The translations under genes were made by a program, and so were the position numbers. The notes under the pieces were generated by a model, which did no database searches, had not been told where the DNA came from, and saw only the letters and a program-made list of their open reading frames with translations. A DNA stretch of 63,481 nucleotides, filler included, from Theionarchaea archaeon (lineage in GTDB: Archaea > Methanobacteriota_B > Thermococci > Methanofastidiosales > SZ-28-30), in the NCBI GenBank assembly GCA_018992565.1. It is 5 parts of 5 records of this genome, joined end to end, with 100 filler letters (N's around TTAATTAATTAA, not from the genome) between each part and the next. Parts side by side here need not be neighbours in the genome. Positions count along the whole stretch, not along the records: positions 56,185 to 63,481 come from JACVGW010000106.1; 4 more parts are not named here. One strand, written 5' to 3'. The stretch's first letter is position 1; every line of letters begins with the position of its first letter. Of this stretch, positions 60,914 to 63,481 are shown in pieces.

Positions 60914-61258
60914 GTGCAGCCTGTGTGTCAGAACAACTGCAGGAAAGCAGTACCAGAAGAATCAGAACGATTTACCACGTTCCTAGAATATGCAAGGGCA
61001 CTCCATTGTCCCACGAGGTGGGTTATCATTCGCATCATTGGAGACGACCAGGTGAGCACACATGAGATATTTGAAGCTCTCCAGAATGAAGGGGAGTCCC
61101 TTTCAAAGTCAGGGCTATACTACCATTTATCTGAGCTGGAGAAAACAGGCATTATTGAGTTGGCAGAATATCGCGAAGCGGGTGGGGGAGCTCCTGAAAA
61201 GGTGTGGAGGCTGAAAACCAAGACGCTGACCATCCACCTAGTAGAAGAGGAGACCTGA
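60914..61258 (+). CDS. ArsR-like winged-helix regulator
   Basis: ALHCPTRWVII, LYYHLSELEKTGII, GGAPEKVWRL. Confidence 0.85.
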   Translation: MQPVCQNNCRKAVPEESERFTTFLEYARALHCPTRWVIIRIIGDDQVSTHEIFEALQNEGESLSKSGLYYHLSELEKTGIIELAEYREAGGGAPEKVWRLKTKTLTIHLVEEET

Positions 61259-62173
61259 ATGATTGAAGTCACGCAGTTGACAAAAGTATTTGACACAACC
61301 CGCGCCGTGGATGCAGTTTCATTCACCGTATCAAGAGAGGAAATATTCGGTCTTCTAGGACCTAATGGAGCCGGTAAGACAACCACGATACGGATGCTTA
61401 CTGGTATTCTGAAGCCCACTGAAGGGCATGCACGTATTGGCGGATACGATATTCAAGAGCACCCTCTGGAGGCCAAGCAACTCATGGGGATTGTCCCTGA
61501 AATGGCTAACGCTTACGTTGATTTGTCTCCCTGGAGAAATCTCCTCCTGATGGGGGAGCTGTATGGAATACCCAGAAAAGAAAGAGAAAAGAAAGCTGGA
61601 TCACTTATTGACCTTTTTGCTCTGAGTGAAAAGATGCATCACAGGGTCAGGACCCTATCCAAGGGAATGCATCAAAGGGTTACTGTGGCCATGGCCCTCA
61701 TGAATACGGCCCAGGTTCTCCTTCTGGATGAACCAACGTCGGGACTGGATGTGGAGAGTGCTCGTCTCATCAGGGATATCATCAGAACATCCAGAGAAGA
61801 GGGGACAGCCGTCTTACTCACGACTCACAACCTTCAAGAGGCTGACGAATTATGCAGCAGGATCGCCATCATGAATCATGGGAAGATCATGGCCGTAGAG
61901 CGCCCTGAGAACTTGAAGCGGGCCATCAAGTGTTCTACCTCAGTGGAAGTGGCCTTTGCTCAGGAGGTTGGAGAGCATGAGGTATGGTTTGAGTCAGTTA
62001 ACAGGGTCGAGCGAAAAGGTGATCGATTACGACTCTATACTGAAGCCCCTGAACTCGTTATACCTTTGGTGGTGGACTACTCTAGGAGCACCCAGAACCT
62101 CATTCTCTCCCTCAGCACGATAGGGCCAGATCTTGAAGATGTGTTCCTGCAAGTGACAGGTGGTGGACAATGA
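61259..62173 (+). CDS. ABC transporter ATP-binding protein
   Basis: GPNGAGKTT, LSKGM, LLLDEPTSG. Confidence 0.95.
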   Translation: MIEVTQLTKVFDTTRAVDAVSFTVSREEIFGLLGPNGAGKTTTIRMLTGILKPTEGHARIGGYDIQEHPLEAKQLMGIVPEMANAYVDLSPWRNLLLMGELYGIPRKEREKKAGSLIDLFALSEKMHHRVRTLSKGMHQRVTVAMALMNTAQVLLLDEPTSGLDVESARLIRDIIRTSREEGTAVLLTTHNLQEADELCSRIAIMNHGKIMAVERPENLKRAIKCSTSVEVAFAQEVGEHEVWFESVNRVERKGDRLRLYTEAPELVIPLVVDYSRSTQNLILSLSTIGPDLEDVFLQVTGGGQ

Positions 62174-62910
62174 AAGTGATCGGACAACTGGAAAGATCAT
62201 TGGCAGTGGCAAAAAAAGACCTGCTCGTTTATTTTTTGAAGGGTCCCACACTCATATTTGGACTACTGCTTCCGTCCTTCTTGTTCATCGCATTTGCCAT
62301 TGGCAGAGATTTATCCGTGGAATTTCTCATGCCCGGGCTCCTGGGAATGACAGTATTCTTTACTACATCTGCAGTGGGACCAGTGATTGCTCCCTGGGAA
62401 ACGCGAATGAGAACATTTGAACGGCTAGTTTCCTCGCCCATTGCCTTCTGGGGAATTATCTTGGGTGACGTTATCGCCTCTTCTGCATTCGGTCTTTTCA
62501 TCACGGTAATCGTTCTCACACTTGGGGCTCTTGTTGAAGGTGTGGGAATAATCACCGGCTATCTCGTTGTTGCAACAGTGCTGTCCTCATTTTGCTTTTC
62601 CTCGCTGGGGTTGATGCTGTCTTCTCACCCCACCAGTGACCCATCCCGGATCATGATGCTGTCTACCTTGATCAAGTTCCCTCTCTTCTTAATCAGTGGT
62701 GTCTTTATCCCACTGAGTGAAATGACCAGTGCACGGTTTATTTCCATGCTTTCTCCCCTAACATACTACGTGGATCTTGCCCGGCTCTCAATAGAGGGAA
62801 CCGGGTACTTGAACCCTGGACTAAATGTGGTAGCGCTTGCGCTATGGGGTAGTGCATTCTTTGCCATTGCAGTACTCCTGCATGAGAAGAACCTGGATAA
62901 GCGTTTCTAG
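62170..62910 (+). CDS. ABC-2 type permease
   Basis: PGLLGM, TFERLVSSP, FLISGVFIP, SPLTY. Confidence 0.92.
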   Translation: MKVIGQLERSLAVAKKDLLVYFLKGPTLIFGLLLPSFLFIAFAIGRDLSVEFLMPGLLGMTVFFTTSAVGPVIAPWETRMRTFERLVSSPIAFWGIILGDVIASSAFGLFITVIVLTLGALVEGVGIITGYLVVATVLSSFCFSSLGLMLSSHPTSDPSRIMMLSTLIKFPLFLISGVFIPLSEMTSARFISMLSPLTYYVDLARLSIEGTGYLNPGLNVVALALWGSAFFAIAVLLHEKNLDKRF

Positions 62911-62962
62911 TGTAGTAGAATCCTATGAGAAGACATTTGGACGTGTCAGGGGGTACTGACTA

Positions 62963-63481
62963 TCATCTGCTGTACGTGACGCTAAGGTACACATCCCAGA
63001 CATACAATGCCTTTTTGGGACATCCATCACTCCGCTGCAGCCCTGTATACGCCCATATCATGCCTAATTCTCTCAGATCATCTGGAAATACCTCTAGCAG
63101 ATCAACAAAATCAACAGGGACCCAGTTAACCACGAACACAAACTCGTAGTCACACGCTTTCTTCAACAACAAGGTCATGTAATCTTTCTGGTACTCTTCG
63201 TCGAACTCAAAGTCAGAGTCCAGTGCATGGAAATCCTGGGAAGGAGCTCCTGTCTCCGTTATGGCAATGGGTTTTCCGAACTGGAGAGCACTGTCAAAGT
63301 AATCCTCAGGGACAGGATCCATTCTGTGGGAAGGATCTGCCCATAAAAACGGGTAAACGCTCAGCCCTAGAATATCATTGTATAGCATGAGCTCTTTCAG
63401 TTCCTGCACCTGGACAGCACTATCTGCACCAGCCAACCCCTTAATGTGAGCCAGCGTAAAGGATGCGAACACAGGGAGATC
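62963..63481 (-). CDS. Glycoside-hydrolase-like TIM-barrel protein, C-terminal part
   Basis: DILGLSVYP, KPIAITETG, TGL...DG.PK.AL..W; 5' end outside the window. Confidence 0.6.
   Translation of the reverse strand, partial: DLPVFASFTLAHIKGLAGADSAVQVQELKELMLYNDILGLSVYPFLWADPSHRMDPVPEDYFDSALQFGKPIAITETGAPSQDFHALDSDFEFDEEYQKDYMTLLLKKACDYEFVFVVNWVPVDFVDLLEVFPDDLRELGMIWAYTGLQRSDGCPKKALYVWDVYLSVTYSR

Noticed and set aside
1..63481. CRISPR array or rRNA
   Set aside because: No regularly spaced 25-40 nt repeats and no rRNA-like sequence seen by eye.

Overview
Archaeal (euryarchaeal-type) genomic DNA from a draft assembly: it has the archaeal ftsZ-secE-spt5-rpl11-rpl1-rpl10-rpl12 cluster, ArcS, NreA, TATA-box promoters and GGTGA/GGAGG ribosome-binding sites. 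The window joins at least five contigs through artificial N-TTAATTAATTAA-N spacers and also has four plain 100-N scaffold gaps. Most of it is housekeeping or metabolic: a DsrE2/TusA/DsrEFH sulfur relay, SHMT, a P-type ATPase, SMC, a helicase, ABC transporters, a HEPN-MNT pair, tRNA-Lys(CTT) and tRNA-Ala(CGC). Two things stand out and are absent from the supplied ORF track. (1) A candidate archaeal RiPP locus at 19.7-21.8 kb: a radical SAM/SPASM enzyme flanked by three paralogous 32-36 aa Cys/Pro-rich peptides (MKCEKVExG...PxCPPxPCxCxNI), each with its own TATA box and RBS. (2) A 2.7-kb AT-rich, transposase-free element at 56316-59013, bounded by 28-bp terminal inverted repeats and a perfect 5-bp GGTCT direct repeat, carrying an Lrp-like regulator and a small secreted peptide. 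All functional calls come from motif recognition by eye; no database search was run.
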